Assembly (NCBI GenBank): GCA_016184315.1
Contig: JACPCU010000011.1
Span: forward strand, 24,161 to 88,160
DNA from: Nitrososphaerota archaeon
GTDB lineage: Archaea > Thermoproteota > Nitrososphaeria > Nitrososphaerales > JACQRY01
Direction of reading: 5' to 3'
Length of the DNA: 64,000 nucleotides
Position 1 is the first letter of the stretch. Each line of letters begins with the position of its first letter. This document shows, piece by piece, positions 39,285-50,329 of the stretch. Position numbers and translations under genes: made by a program. Below the pieces are notes generated by a model. That model was not told the DNA's origin and made no database searches. It saw only the letters and a list, made by a program, of their open reading frames with translations.

Positions 39285-40418
39285 TTGAGCATTAGTGCGG
39301 AACCCCATATAATGATGTTCGAGAAGGCTAAGAACCTAGAGAAGCAGGGCCGCAAGGTGATTCATCTCGAAATAGGTGAACCGGACTTTCTTCCTCCCAC
39401 AGAAGTCATCGACACAATGTACACTTCAGCAAAAGAGGGCTATCTCCGCTACAGCAGTGCTCCCGGAATACCTCAGCTGAGAAATGCCTTGGCTGAATAC
39501 GTGAACAAGCAGTACAATCTTAGCCTCACCCACGATAATGTCATAATCACGCCGGGCGGCAGATTTGCGCTTTACCTTTCCTTTCTAGCTGCCCTCAAGA
39601 ATTCAGGTAAGGTTGCTATACTAGCTCCGGATTGGCCTGCTTACCGGGAATGCGTTAAGTTTGTGGGGGGCGACTATGTTACACTTAACACAAGACTTGA
39701 AGACAGTTGGACCCCCTCTGAAGAAGAGATTTCCACCCTTTTGGATCAGAAGGTGGGCACTATTGTGCTCAACTCCCCAAGCAATCCTACTGGCAAGGTG
39801 CTGAGCAAGGAGACTATTCAGCAAGTCGCGGAGACTGCAATCAGGAAAGGGTTGACTGTCATAAGTGACGAGGTGTATTCAGACTACGTTTACCAGTCCC
39901 CCTACTACTCGATTCTTCGGGAGCCGAAGTGCAGCTCCATTCTCATAGGCTCTTTTTCTAAGTGCTGGGCTATGACTGGTTTTCGAATCGGCTATGCGAT
40001 CGGAGCGCCCCAGATGATCAAATCCATGTCCAAGGTTCAATCTTTGCTGCTTACCAATGTCCCTGAGTTTATTCAATTCGCCGCGCTGAAAGCTCTTGAA
40101 AATGAGAAAGCGTTGAGTGATAATGTGCAGCTCATGAAGAGGAGAGTTGACAAGGCCAATCAAGCCTTGTCAAAGATGCCTGTATCGTCCCATGCTCCTG
40201 AAGGAGGGCTTTACGCCTTCCCACGAATCGACAAACCCGGCATCGACTCAATGGACTTTGCCCTGCAGCTGCTGGAGAAGAAAGGAGTAGCAGTAGCCCC
40301 AGGAATAGGCTTTGGCCCATACCCAGGTTTCATCAGGATAACCCTGTCGCAGCGCGACGATGTTCTAATGGACGGCTTGTCGAAGATCGGAGAAATACTG
40401 GAAGAATACCGCCACTAG
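39285..40418 (+). CDS. PLP-dependent class I/II (aspartate-type) aminotransferase
   Basis: LEIGEPDF, NSPSNPTG, SDEVY, SFSKCWAMTGFRIG. Confidence 0.93.
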   Translation: MSISAEPHIMMFEKAKNLEKQGRKVIHLEIGEPDFLPPTEVIDTMYTSAKEGYLRYSSAPGIPQLRNALAEYVNKQYNLSLTHDNVIITPGGRFALYLSFLAALKNSGKVAILAPDWPAYRECVKFVGGDYVTLNTRLEDSWTPSEEEISTLLDQKVGTIVLNSPSNPTGKVLSKETIQQVAETAIRKGLTVISDEVYSDYVYQSPYYSILREPKCSSILIGSFSKCWAMTGFRIGYAIGAPQMIKSMSKVQSLLLTNVPEFIQFAALKALENEKALSDNVQLMKRRVDKANQALSKMPVSSHAPEGGLYAFPRIDKPGIDSMDFALQLLEKKGVAVAPGIGFGPYPGFIRITLSQRDDVLMDGLSKIGEILEEYRH

Positions 40419-40497
40419 CTAACGAAATCAGATCCCACCTGTTTTGCAGCTTGGACTCCGAGCCGCATAAATAAACCGCAGGAGTCTCCCACTAGTC

Positions 40498-41514
40498 ATG
40501 GCCTCCAGCTCATCAGAGGTTCTCTTCCTATCATCAGAGGATGCGCAATCAATCGTGGGTATGGATGAAGCTACAGATCTGGTTGAAAAGAGTTTTCTGC
40601 TCCATCACAACGGGAAAACTGTCTTAGCTCCGAGGAGTAGGCAGCTCGTCCCCAAGCATCATGGAGCAGCTCTCTTGCAAGCAAGCTTCGTTGACGATGT
40701 TGACGACATACTGATAGCTAAGGTGAGCATGGATTACCCTGACAACCCATTACTCTTCAAGATCCCAAGCGTCGCAGGTTTTATCCTATACTTGGATCCT
40801 CGAACTGGAGTGCCGATAGGGGTCTTGGATTCTACTTACATTAGTGCAGTCAGGACGGGGGGCAACGGGGCTCTTGGCGTGAAGTATTTGTCCAGAGAAG
40901 ATTCAGAGACTGTAGCTGTGATTGGCTCTGGGGTTCAAGCTAGGGCAGGCTTGACTGCCACGTTGAAGGCTAGGCCGCGCATAAGGAGAGCATTTGTCTA
41001 CAGTCCGACCAAGCAACACAGAGATGATTTTGCTAAGACTATGGGTGAATCCCTTGGCTTGGAGGTTTCCCCTTGCAGCAGTTCTGAAGAGGCTGTAAGG
41101 AAAGCAGACATCGTGTATCTTGCTACTTACGCTCAGAAGCCTCCGGTTTTGCGTAAGCATCTGAATGCTGGTACTCATGTAAGCGCAGTGGGTTATCAGG
41201 CTGAGATCGACTTGGGCTTCTTTGATGGCTCTAAGGTGGTGGTATCTGATTTGAAGTCAGTGGTGGAGACAGGTGCACTGGCTGACGCCATGCGAAAAGG
41301 ATTGGTGGATGAAAAGTCGATCTACGCTTCCATGGGTGAAATTGTTGCAGGAGAGAAGAAGGGTCGAACCACGCAAAACGAGGTCACTCTGTATATTGCC
41401 ACGGGAATGACGGTCCAGGACGCCGTGGTCGCCAAAGTTGTGTACGATGAGGCCAAGGCTCGCAATATCGGCAAGAAATTCACTTATACGTCTCTGGGCG
41501 CCTTCAAAGAATAG
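40498..41514 (+). CDS. Ornithine cyclodeaminase/mu-crystallin family protein (copy 1)
   Basis: AVRTGGNGALG, VIGSGVQA, TGMTVQDA. Confidence 0.9.
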   Translation: MASSSSEVLFLSSEDAQSIVGMDEATDLVEKSFLLHHNGKTVLAPRSRQLVPKHHGAALLQASFVDDVDDILIAKVSMDYPDNPLLFKIPSVAGFILYLDPRTGVPIGVLDSTYISAVRTGGNGALGVKYLSREDSETVAVIGSGVQARAGLTATLKARPRIRRAFVYSPTKQHRDDFAKTMGESLGLEVSPCSSSEEAVRKADIVYLATYAQKPPVLRKHLNAGTHVSAVGYQAEIDLGFFDGSKVVVSDLKSVVETGALADAMRKGLVDEKSIYASMGEIVAGEKKGRTTQNEVTLYIATGMTVQDAVVAKVVYDEAKARNIGKKFTYTSLGAFKE

Positions 41515-41521
41515 AGTATAC

Positions 41522-42706
41522 TCACTGGGCTTTGAAAAGCTCACTGCTCAAATGTTTGGAGAGGACTTCGCATCCTGATGATGTGATTAACACGTGTTCT
41601 TCGGCTACTATTAGTCCATCAAGGGTTTCGATGCGTGGCTCAGGTGTTACAGACATGCCTTCCTCAAGGACTGTCTGATCGATAGCATTTAGGGACGGGG
41701 GCTCACTTGCTTCAAGGCCTATGCCGTGGCCGATGCGTTTTACAGGGTCCATTAGAGGTCTCCCAGCGGCTTTGAGCTGTTCGTTGAAGATTCTATGGGT
41801 GTCCGACACCTTTAGTCCCGGACGCATATTGGAGATTATCTTCTTGCAGCATTCCCAGACAAACCCATGGTCTTGCAGCTGCCTGCCAGTGGGTTCGCCG
41901 AAGACCACCTCTCTGCTTATGTCCATTTTGTATCCCTTGTAGTAGCAGCCTCCGTCGAGATACATGATGTCTCCTTTCTGAAACGTGCTGTTAGGTCCTC
42001 TTGCACCCTTGACACTTTGGCTGCCAGGATTATCGATGTCGGCTCCGTTTTCCACGTAGAGCTTCAGTAACCGGGTGTTGATCTCTTTGACACTTACATC
42101 TATCTTTAAGGTCTCGAAGAGTTCTTTCCAGGATTTGCATCCGATTTCAACAGCTTCCCTGAGGTTGGATGCTTCCCACTGAGATTTCACCATGCGGCAT
42201 TTCCAGATCAAAGTGCTTGCATCGGTGAACTTCGCGTGGGGGAGCTGTTGCTTTAGCTTGTTGAAGTCGTTGTAGGGTATGTTAAGGCGCGTATGCTCGC
42301 CCAGCTCAGCTCCAATGACGCCGTTGGCTAATCCTAGGTCCTCGAGGGCTCTGCCGAGCCCCCAGTCTTTCACCAGCTCAGAAGTGAATGGAACATCGAT
42401 GTAGAAGCGTCGGTCGGAGATCCAGGAGGAGTATTGTTCGTTGTAGACCCGTGAAAATTGTTCATCTAAGCTGTAGTCGATGAGAATAGGGTCTTTGTCG
42501 AGGGGGAGGATCATGAACCATGGTCGCATCTTATTCAAAGGGACTTTATGGCCGCTAAAATAGAAGTAGTTGAAGGGATCAGCGATTAGAAGCGCATCTA
42601 TTTTGGCTTCTGCCATCATTTTGCGGACGCGTTTGACTCTCCACTCAAATTCCTGTACGGGTATTCCGCCGATGTCGCTTCGACTGTCTTTGAGATAGAT
42701 GGACAA
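41522..42706 (-). CDS. M24-family (Xaa-Pro/creatinase-fold) peptidase (copy 1)
   Basis: YLDGG...MDISR, IGHGIGL..EPP, TPEP, AEEHVLIT. Confidence 0.88.
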   Translation of the reverse strand: MSIYLKDSRSDIGGIPVQEFEWRVKRVRKMMAEAKIDALLIADPFNYFYFSGHKVPLNKMRPWFMILPLDKDPILIDYSLDEQFSRVYNEQYSSWISDRRFYIDVPFTSELVKDWGLGRALEDLGLANGVIGAELGEHTRLNIPYNDFNKLKQQLPHAKFTDASTLIWKCRMVKSQWEASNLREAVEIGCKSWKELFETLKIDVSVKEINTRLLKLYVENGADIDNPGSQSVKGARGPNSTFQKGDIMYLDGGCYYKGYKMDISREVVFGEPTGRQLQDHGFVWECCKKIISNMRPGLKVSDTHRIFNEQLKAAGRPLMDPVKRIGHGIGLEASEPPSLNAIDQTVLEEGMSVTPEPRIETLDGLIVAEEHVLITSSGCEVLSKHLSSELFKAQ

Positions 42707-42851
42707 GGTTCTTTATCATTTTGAAAGTAATACAGGAATTAAGTTTTTCCTCAAAACCTGAGCCTGTGTTGGAGACACTTCAATTTTGTATAATAGTTTT
42801 GTAAATGACTCGAAGAAATTCAATTTGTGCCAACACTAGCTACCTTGCCCC

Positions 42852-43395
42852 ATGGTGATAGGAGCTACAGCAGCAGTTGTTACAGCTGTGGCAGGATGGT
42901 ACACGATGTATACTTCAAAAATGAATGAAAAAAGCAAGGATCTTCTGGGCGGAGAGAGCAAGAAACGCATATATTTCTGAGCAGTTTCCGAACTTACTGA
43001 AGAAACTAGAGTCTCTGATAGATCTAACACAGAATTTATCTAATCAACCGGATGCCCAGCTGACCTCCCGTCTAAGAAAGAACTCAAGAGAGTTTACTTC
43101 TCTGACCGATGAGTTAGATATGATAGAAGATGCTCATGCTACGATTATCTCGAATATGCGATCGATACGTGATAGAATTGTCATCCTAATCATAGGCTGT
43201 GGTGGTTTGGTGATCGTAGCTTTAGTGGGCAGTTTTCAGACAGAGGGATTACGTGAAATCCTATGCGGAACTGCTGGTCTCATAGCGTATGCGTTATTGT
43301 TTCTTGCTTACCCATATACCAGTACATTCTTCGAGAGAAATAGAAAGATTGAGCAGCTTCTCAAGAAACATGCTTTGACTAGAATTGGTACATAG
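42852..43395 (+). pseudogene. AT-rich membrane protein, probably frameshifted near the N-terminus
   Basis: MVIGATAAVVTAVAGWYTMYTSKMNEK joins ARIFWAERA... if one A is removed from the A6 run at 42928-42933; two C-terminal TM. Confidence 0.45.
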
Positions 43396-43590
43396 CTCAT
43401 AGACAAGCCGGTAGGTCGATTAAAGATGTTACCTTCATCTGCACCGATATACCATAAAAGCATCTAATCTGTTCGAATTGTTGACTAGCAGTAGGCGTTA
43501 GCCAGCCGCTGCACTCCCAGCTTCTTTTATTTAGGCAAGCTTATTTTTATTCTCAGCGCTCAGAAACCCAAAGCAGTTTTTTAAGTAGGT

Positions 43591-44613
43591 TCAAGGGTTC
43601 ATTAACTGCTCTACGCCTTTGAACATATCGACTTTTGTCCCCATGCCTTGATGCAAAGCTTTTTCGTATACGTATCCTGCCACGATGACGTCTTGGACGG
43701 CTACGCCTGAACTGTCGAAAAATGTGATCTCTTGTCCGTTCTCACGAGCGGGTTTGCGGCCCAGTAGGAGGTCGCCTAGGTCTCCGTAAACATCTTTGCT
43801 TGAAATTATGTTGGCTTTTATTGCCATGAGTGACTTTCCGTCGTTAACTGCTGTTGTTAGTGAATCGCCGACGATTCTGCTTCTCTTCAGAATCTTCGGG
43901 TCGATCTCGGTTCTGACCCCCATGGCGTTGATGTGCATCCCGGGTTCGACCCATTCGTCAAGCAGTATGGGAGTTGGAGAGGTTGTGCCGGTGATGACGA
44001 TGTCTGCGCCTTCTACTGCTTCGCGGCCTGATTCCACGGTTTTCAGGTCGATTGAGTATTCTCTGCTGATCTTTGAGCAGAATGCTTGCCGCCTTTCGGG
44101 GCTGCGGCTGTAGACTTTGCCTCTTTTGAGGCCGTTGAAGATTTCTAGGATGCCTTGTAGGGTGGGGCCAGCTGTGTTCCCTGTGCCTATGATGCCTACG
44201 TTTTCAGAGTTTTTTCGGGCTAAGAGTTTTGTTGCAAGAGCTCCACCTGCTCCGGTTCTGAGGGATGTTATGTACGCTGCGTCCATGAAGCATATGGGTA
44301 GGCTTGTCACGGGGTCGACTAAGGCGAGGCATCCTAAGACCGTGGGGAGGTTGTGGTTCAAGTTATTGGGGTAGCTGCTGATGGTCTTTACGGCCTGATA
44401 GTCTGCTCCTTCGCCTTCCATGAAGCATGCCATCAGTTTATTGTAACCGTGATGCTTGTCAACGAAGAGCCATGAATTTGGCGCGTTGATGGTCTTTCCC
44501 ATTCCAAGAGCTTTGAAGGCTTTCTCCTGCAGCTCTATGCACTTCTTCATGGAGACTAGGCTCATGATTTCTTGGACGGTAAGTATCAGCGTTTCTCTCA
44601 TTGTAACTACCAT
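43591..44613 (-). CDS. Ornithine cyclodeaminase/mu-crystallin family protein (copy 2)
   Basis: TSLRTGAGGALA, IIGTG, HINAMG, FDSSGVAVQD. Confidence 0.92.
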   Translation of the reverse strand: MVVTMRETLILTVQEIMSLVSMKKCIELQEKAFKALGMGKTINAPNSWLFVDKHHGYNKLMACFMEGEGADYQAVKTISSYPNNLNHNLPTVLGCLALVDPVTSLPICFMDAAYITSLRTGAGGALATKLLARKNSENVGIIGTGNTAGPTLQGILEIFNGLKRGKVYSRSPERRQAFCSKISREYSIDLKTVESGREAVEGADIVITGTTSPTPILLDEWVEPGMHINAMGVRTEIDPKILKRSRIVGDSLTTAVNDGKSLMAIKANIISSKDVYGDLGDLLLGRKPARENGQEITFFDSSGVAVQDVIVAGYVYEKALHQGMGTKVDMFKGVEQLMNP

Positions 44614-44628
44614 GTTGGACCGGTGTAA

Positions 44629-45822
44629 TTAAGATATGGCGTACAGCTTTTCATCCATTCTCGACATGACTTTGCAGCCATCTTCAGTTATCAACACGTC
44701 TTCCTCCGAGCCGTAGACTTCTTGATCTTTCAGATATGCTTCCACTGAGAGAACCATCCCTGGCTCAAGCCTCGTCTCGTTGTCGATGCGTATGAACGGT
44801 GGTTCGCTGCCTTGAAGACCTACGCCGTGGCAGAGATGCATGAACGGATAAGATTCGTAGTATGAGGGGGGTTCGATCCCCCTGTCCCTGTACTGTTTGA
44901 CGAAGAACCTCATCAGGTCGCTGCATTTGACTCCCGGCTTGATTGCTTCTCTGATCGTAGTCTGCATTATAGCTAGAATGGTCTTGTGGTTGCGTTTCTG
45001 TCTGTCTGACGCGGGGCCGACGGAGGCCATGCGGTTGAATTCACCCCAGTAGCCGTTGATTATGCACCCTGAGTCGATGAAAACAATGTCTCCCTTCTTC
45101 AGCGTCTTCTCTTTAGGGGCTAGAAATCCTGTTCTCCACTCAGGCCCGGAGTTCACTATGACTTGTGCCACCGGTGGCCTGTAGGCGCCGTGCTCCACCA
45201 TGTAGGTCAAGATGTGTTTGGCGGCATCGATCTCCGTGTCGCCCTCATGGAGCTGGCTGAAACAGTATTCCAGGGCGCCGATGTTGATCTCATCAGCCTT
45301 CTTGACGCACTCTACTTCGCGGGGAGACTTGATCATCCTCATGCTCCAAAGCAGGTCAGCAGCATCTTCAAATTTGGTTTGAGGGAAAGCTTTTCTCAGC
45401 TTGTCGAATTCGCCGTATGGCATCGCCATTCTGTGCTCTACGCCTAGCTCTGCGCCGATCCTAGCTGTCTGCAATCCCATGTCTTGTATTGCCTTCTTGA
45501 CTATTTCGAAGGAGAAAGGCTGAGTATACGCGCGGACATCCTTGACCCAAGATGCTAGCTGAGCGTCTCTTTCAGTCAAGACATACGCAATTAGGACAGG
45601 GTCTCCATCACGGGGAAGGATCATGATATGAGGCCGAGAGAAATTGGACTGGTAGTCACGCGGCAGATGGCCGCTCAAATACCTATAATTAAGAGATGAA
45701 GTGAAGTCTCCTGTCACCATTAAAGCATCTAGGCTCGCTTTCTCCATCAGCTCAATTGCTCTCTTGCTACGAGTCTTATACTCTTCAACCGGAAAATCTC
45801 TTTGAACAAAACTATCCTTCAA
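44629..45822 (-). CDS. M24-family peptidase (copy 2)
   Basis: FIDSG...GEFNR, CHGVGL..EPP, SVEAY, SEEDVLIT. Confidence 0.88.
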   Translation of the reverse strand: MKDSFVQRDFPVEEYKTRSKRAIELMEKASLDALMVTGDFTSSLNYRYLSGHLPRDYQSNFSRPHIMILPRDGDPVLIAYVLTERDAQLASWVKDVRAYTQPFSFEIVKKAIQDMGLQTARIGAELGVEHRMAMPYGEFDKLRKAFPQTKFEDAADLLWSMRMIKSPREVECVKKADEINIGALEYCFSQLHEGDTEIDAAKHILTYMVEHGAYRPPVAQVIVNSGPEWRTGFLAPKEKTLKKGDIVFIDSGCIINGYWGEFNRMASVGPASDRQKRNHKTILAIMQTTIREAIKPGVKCSDLMRFFVKQYRDRGIEPPSYYESYPFMHLCHGVGLQGSEPPFIRIDNETRLEPGMVLSVEAYLKDQEVYGSEEDVLITEDGCKVMSRMDEKLYAIS

Positions 45823-45970
45823 CTAGAGTCACAGTTTCTCCCCGAATGAGCCGCGTCTAAAAGCCTTTCCAGAACTTTTCTATCGTTTTGGATAAGATGT
45901 TTCTTGAGTGCGATTGGGTAGACATGATTTTTAGATATTATTTGAAGATAAGTGGTTAGGAATATTTGAA

Positions 45971-46882
45971 CTACAATGTCTCATCAAACCATTCGCATGT
46001 TATGTCCGTAGCGTCTTTGGGATGTGAGCACATCCAGTAAACGCTTCCGTCAACCTGAACTAGTTTTCTCTTGATATGAGGAAGTCGATTATACAAGTCT
46101 TTCACGTAAGACGGCTCTGTCCATCCTCTTACGGGGACAAGGAACATCGTTGGGATGCTTAGCTTCCCGATGGGGCTCGGCGGGGGCGTTAAAACGAGAG
46201 ACATGATTGCAGAAAGAGTATACCATCTATCAAAATCTGGATCCTTCATGTAGCCCTCTACTAGACGCGTCTCTATTTTCCTGTTTTCCTCTTTTGTGTC
46301 TATCAGCTCTTTCCAGTCCAGGTAGAGTGATATGGGAAGTTTCATCTTTGGAAGCAGTTTTGCCAGAACTCTGACTAGGGGAAGGAGTTGTTTCCTCCTT
46401 TTCGCAGAAGCTCCGACTCTCATGTATGCTTCCTGAAATTTTTTCTCTGTTAGTATGCCCGGAGAATTCTGGCATACCAAGCTTCTCATGGGACTATGAT
46501 CCAACGCCAAGTAAAAGGTTACAAATCCGCCGAGTCCTTCACTGAATACACCTATTCGGTCGTTAAAGTTGCTCGAAATATGCTTGATTGCGTCTCGATG
46601 CCGATCCACTAGTTCATTGACAGTGTTACTTCCATGTTTCGGCATTATGAAAACATTGTATCTCTTCAAGTGCATGAGATAGCCTAGTTCGGCGAACACG
46701 TATGGATGGCCGCCTGACCCTTGAGAAATCAAGATGCTTGGAGCATTTCTCCCTTTTTCGAAGTGCACTAATTCAAGATTCTTGGCGCGTGAAGCGAAGT
46801 TTGTCAGTTTGATTTCTCTTTCAATCTCATCCGCGTTTGTCTCAAGGACGTAACAGCTCTTCCAGTAGCTTCTATCTTTCAT
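45971..46882 (-). CDS. Alpha/beta-hydrolase-fold protein
   Basis: ISQGSGGHP..F, GVFSEGLGG nucleophile elbow, C-terminal H. Confidence 0.65.
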   Translation of the reverse strand: MKDRSYWKSCYVLETNADEIEREIKLTNFASRAKNLELVHFEKGRNAPSILISQGSGGHPYVFAELGYLMHLKRYNVFIMPKHGSNTVNELVDRHRDAIKHISSNFNDRIGVFSEGLGGFVTFYLALDHSPMRSLVCQNSPGILTEKKFQEAYMRVGASAKRRKQLLPLVRVLAKLLPKMKLPISLYLDWKELIDTKEENRKIETRLVEGYMKDPDFDRWYTLSAIMSLVLTPPPSPIGKLSIPTMFLVPVRGWTEPSYVKDLYNRLPHIKRKLVQVDGSVYWMCSHPKDATDITCEWFDETL

Positions 46883-47337
46883 AGTTGTTTACCACCAAGA
46901 AATTCTCTTGTCGGCAGAAATAACCCAACTAGGTATGCAAGAACCACTATGCCTATGAATAGTAAGAAACTCGACTGAAGCAATATGCTGATCGATAAGT
47001 AGATTAGGCAAGTAGGTACATGCGCAATCACTAAGGTAAACCATGCCCATCTTTCACCTTTGTGATAGGCTTTTGCCGCTATTCCCATTGTTAAGATGCT
47101 GGAGCCAATAACGAATGCGCTCCATGATCTGAATACAAATCCTATCCAAGGGAAAAGGTTTGGACCAAGTGCTCGTAGTTCCTCAAGCCTGAGTCCAGTG
47201 AATTCTTCCATGCTGAGTTCTTGAGCCAATGTCACAAAGGATGATTCTAGGAGCAGTGTACCCACGCCCAATACCAAATCCACTAGAGCTGCAACGAACA
47301 GGATTCTCCAAGCAATTTCCAGTTTTCTCATAGTCAT
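46879..47337 (-). CDS. Membrane hypothetical protein
   Basis: Four hydrophobic segments; coupled to the hydrolase gene. Confidence 0.6.
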   Translation of the reverse strand: MTMRKLEIAWRILFVAALVDLVLGVGTLLLESSFVTLAQELSMEEFTGLRLEELRALGPNLFPWIGFVFRSWSAFVIGSSILTMGIAAKAYHKGERWAWFTLVIAHVPTCLIYLSISILLQSSFLLFIGIVVLAYLVGLFLPTREFLGGKQL

Positions 47338-47382
47338 CTCCCTCTCGTAGACGAGTGCCTTCGCTTGGCGTGTTGTTAGCTC

Positions 47383-47931
47383 TCAAGCACGGTGTGTCAA
47401 GGAGGATGGTATTGTTTCTCTCGAATCTGTGCAGACTGGTTTAGCGCCAGCAGACTCCAAGATTTGCTTTGTGTCCTCACACGCTCTACGCAGGCACCAT
47501 TCCGCGTACCACCCAGCAAGCAGCTTTCCGAATATCTTTCCATACCAAGTGTGCGGTAGCTCGTAATCTATTTCGAAGACCACTTGCGTTCCAGAATCCG
47601 TAAGATTCAGCTTTAGTCGCATTTCATAGCTGGACATTATGATAATCTTCGGATCTCCAATGGTTCGCCAAATCTTCTCCCTATTTCCAACATATTTTGT
47701 AACAACTTCGGTGAAGTCAACCTTCATCCCCATGACGCTACCGTACCAACGATATGTTGCGCCAACCCCGGTCGGGCTCTCAGACAATCTCTCGAGTCTG
47801 AGCTTGCCTCCCATCATGGGCATAGAGCGCTTGCCTTCCATGTGCCACCCCACGTTACGTATATCGTCCATATGGGCGAAAACCTCCGTAGGGCCGGCTC
47901 GAATCTCGATTACTTTTTGCGCATGGGCCAT
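47383..47931 (-). CDS. SRPBCC/polyketide-cyclase-family protein
   Basis: IEIRAGPTEVFAHMDD...GVGATYRW...FTEVVT. Confidence 0.8.
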   Translation of the reverse strand: MAHAQKVIEIRAGPTEVFAHMDDIRNVGWHMEGKRSMPMMGGKLRLERLSESPTGVGATYRWYGSVMGMKVDFTEVVTKYVGNREKIWRTIGDPKIIIMSSYEMRLKLNLTDSGTQVVFEIDYELPHTWYGKIFGKLLAGWYAEWCLRRACEDTKQILESAGAKPVCTDSRETIPSSLTHRA

Positions 47932-48265
47932 AATCTCGCTTTCACTGCGTATATGGGAAAGCGGGTTAGAATAGGTGGTTATTTACAATCTGCAACGTTA
48001 CATAGAGATGATTTTCTGTTTGTAAGGATTTCGCCGTGAATGGGAATCAGACCGAACAGATATTCAACCTGATCAAAGGTTTCCGAAGACAATACCGGCC
48101 TACAGATATTCGGATTATGGGTGGTGGTGACAATTTGCTCGACATTGCGTTGAGTATCCACTGGACGTGCCTTCAAGATCTGCCATCTTGGCGACCTGTT
48201 TCTGAACATACTGAGCATACGTTACTGTAACTCCGCAAGGAATGCAAATGATACTCCAATCCGCG

Positions 48266-49542
48266 TTACGTAAAAGGCGCATCACCCTGCAATGAAGGCA
48301 ACATTCTATAACCGTAACGCCATAGTAAAACCAGAGTAATAATGAAATCCAACACGAAAACTACGTTGGTGACTATCAGGAAATCGTAGTACGATATTTC
48401 AATCATCGACGACTTGACCATCAAGCCCAGCGGGACGTAAATCATAATGTTGACTATCGTTGATGTGAAGAAGATCCAGAACGGCCTCCCAGTGCCTATG
48501 AAGAACGATTTCAGGCACGATCCTATCGAGAATAGGATATACGGGACGATGAGGATTGAAACTTTCTGGATGTCCTGCATCCCCCTGTAATCCTTTTTGC
48601 CATAAGCATTCCCGACAGCTACGTTTGTCGCCTCAGTCCACGCGAGGACAGGGATCAAAGTGATAGCCCACATCACCCAGATAGCTGTATTGTAGCCTCC
48701 GATCGCGCTCTCCTCGCTACTGCCGATGAAGTTAACCACTGCTATGACGCCTATGATGTAACCCGCATTCCTCACAAGCGACTCCAAGCCAGTCCATCGC
48801 TCGATTCTGAATATCGACTTCGCCACATCCTTCTCGACCTTCAGGTCGATGATTACCTCCTTCCGGACGAGCCACCAGAAAATGGCTCCGGAAATCAGAA
48901 ACAGCAAGAGATTAGCCGTCACGTTATCCCATGCGGAATCTATCAACCCCAATCTCAGGGAGAATGGGAAATTGGAAATAAACACGGTGTCCAGGGTGAA
49001 GTTGATGCACAAACCTATGCCCGCCAGCGAGACCGCTAGCCAGCCCTTCCGCATTGACTTGATGACAACGATCAAAACTGTACTCATTGCCTGGAACGGC
49101 ATGGCCAGAGCCCGTATCCGGAAATAATCCAACGCGAGTGATTGAGCCTCCGCAGAGGTGTTTATCCAGTCTATGAACGAGCTCGAGAAGAATGTGAGGA
49201 AAGCAATGAAGGCCAGTGTGATGATCAGTTGCATAATTAGGCGGTCTTGACAATACGTGTCGCAGACTCTTTGTTCTTGAATTCCCAGGCGACCAGTACG
49301 AGGACTGCTAAGGGGAACATCTCCAGGAGTACCTCAAGGGCGACCTCCACGGCCTCGTAGGACTGGTTCACGACTACGCTCTCATATGACATATATCCGA
49401 TGAAATAACGGTTCAGGAGACCGTAGGCTGCCGGGATAATCCATGCTACCAAAATCAGTAGAATGTAGTCCCAGGGATAGTGCTGGAACGCTTTGCGGAA
49501 TGTTTCACAGACGCCCTTAGCCCTACTCTCGAACATCCCCAT
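48266..49542 (-). pseudogene. MATE-family efflux transporter split by a frameshift
   Basis: ORFs 49237..49542 and 48266..49234 join as IVKTA-LIMQL if one C is restored at about 49240; YFRIRALAMP, ESLVRN motifs. Confidence 0.75.
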
Positions 49543-49877
49543 CTTTCCGGGAACTATTGATGATCATATGAATTCATAACCATATACCGGATTCCTTTCA
49601 GGCGCCGACGGGTCTCTGTGTTCCAAGTGTGCGGGGGTCCAAACCAAGCCCGTTTGGTGGTTCAGGTTTCCTTTGCTTTGCGAAGGAGAATTAGAAATTT
49701 TGGGTAACTGGTTACTCTGAGATCCGTGACCAGCCTGTCAAAATTCTGTTAAAGAATTTACACTTATTGAGATAGTTGAAGATAAACGTTCTCCTTTTCG
49801 ATTGTAAAATGTAGATTGAAATTCGATAAATATGATAAGAGGTTCGTGAGATAGTTTTGGTGCTGTTCGAATAGGGT

Positions 49878-49911
49878 TAACATATGTAAATACGAAGGGT
49901 TATACTTCGTA
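49878..49911 (+). promoter_or_regulatory. Candidate promoter/operator of the cop operon
   Basis: TAACATATGTAAA (49878-49890) followed by TACGAAG-GGTTATA-CTTCGTA, an inverted repeat enclosing a TATA element. Confidence 0.55.
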
Positions 49912-49934
49912 GCATCTAAGCATCAATGAAGTAG

Positions 49935-50108
49935 ATGGTAGGCAGGAAGGCTGTTCTAATTGGGGCTGTAGTGGCTGCACTATTGCTTTTAGGTCTAGCT
50001 GTTGACAAGTCCTTTCTTCTGTTCGCCGTAGTGGCTCTCTGCCCACTTCTACACTTCTTCGGCGGTCACGGGCATTCCTCTCACGACCATAGAGAGGGGG
50101 AAAAATGA
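49935..50108 (+). CDS. Small membrane protein, DUF2933-like (57 aa; not in the ORF track)
   Basis: MVGRKAVLIG...ALCPLLHFFGGHGHSSHDHREGEK; ATGA overlap with the next gene. Confidence 0.75.
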   Translation: MVGRKAVLIGAVVAALLLLGLAVDKSFLLFAVVALCPLLHFFGGHGHSSHDHREGEK

Positions 50109-50326
50109 CTGGAAAGGGGATCCTTGAAGTTCTCTGCTTCTCAGGACCATTAGCATTAACTGTGCTGCTTTTGCTTCTAGGGCTCCCTCATTGGAGTCTT
50201 CTTGCAGCGCTGGCTATGTGTCCAGCGATACATGTCGTACTTTGGCTCAGGGCTAGCAGAGAGTGGCAGAAGGCGATTCGGGGTCTCGACCTACGGATTA
50301 AGAACTCAGAAAGGGGGGTTACATGA
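50105..50326 (+). CDS. Second small CPxxH membrane protein
   Basis: Two TM with AMCPAIH. Confidence 0.65.
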   Translation: MTGKGILEVLCFSGPLALTVLLLLLGLPHWSLLAALAMCPAIHVVLWLRASREWQKAIRGLDLRIKNSERGVT

Positions 50327-50329
50327 AAG

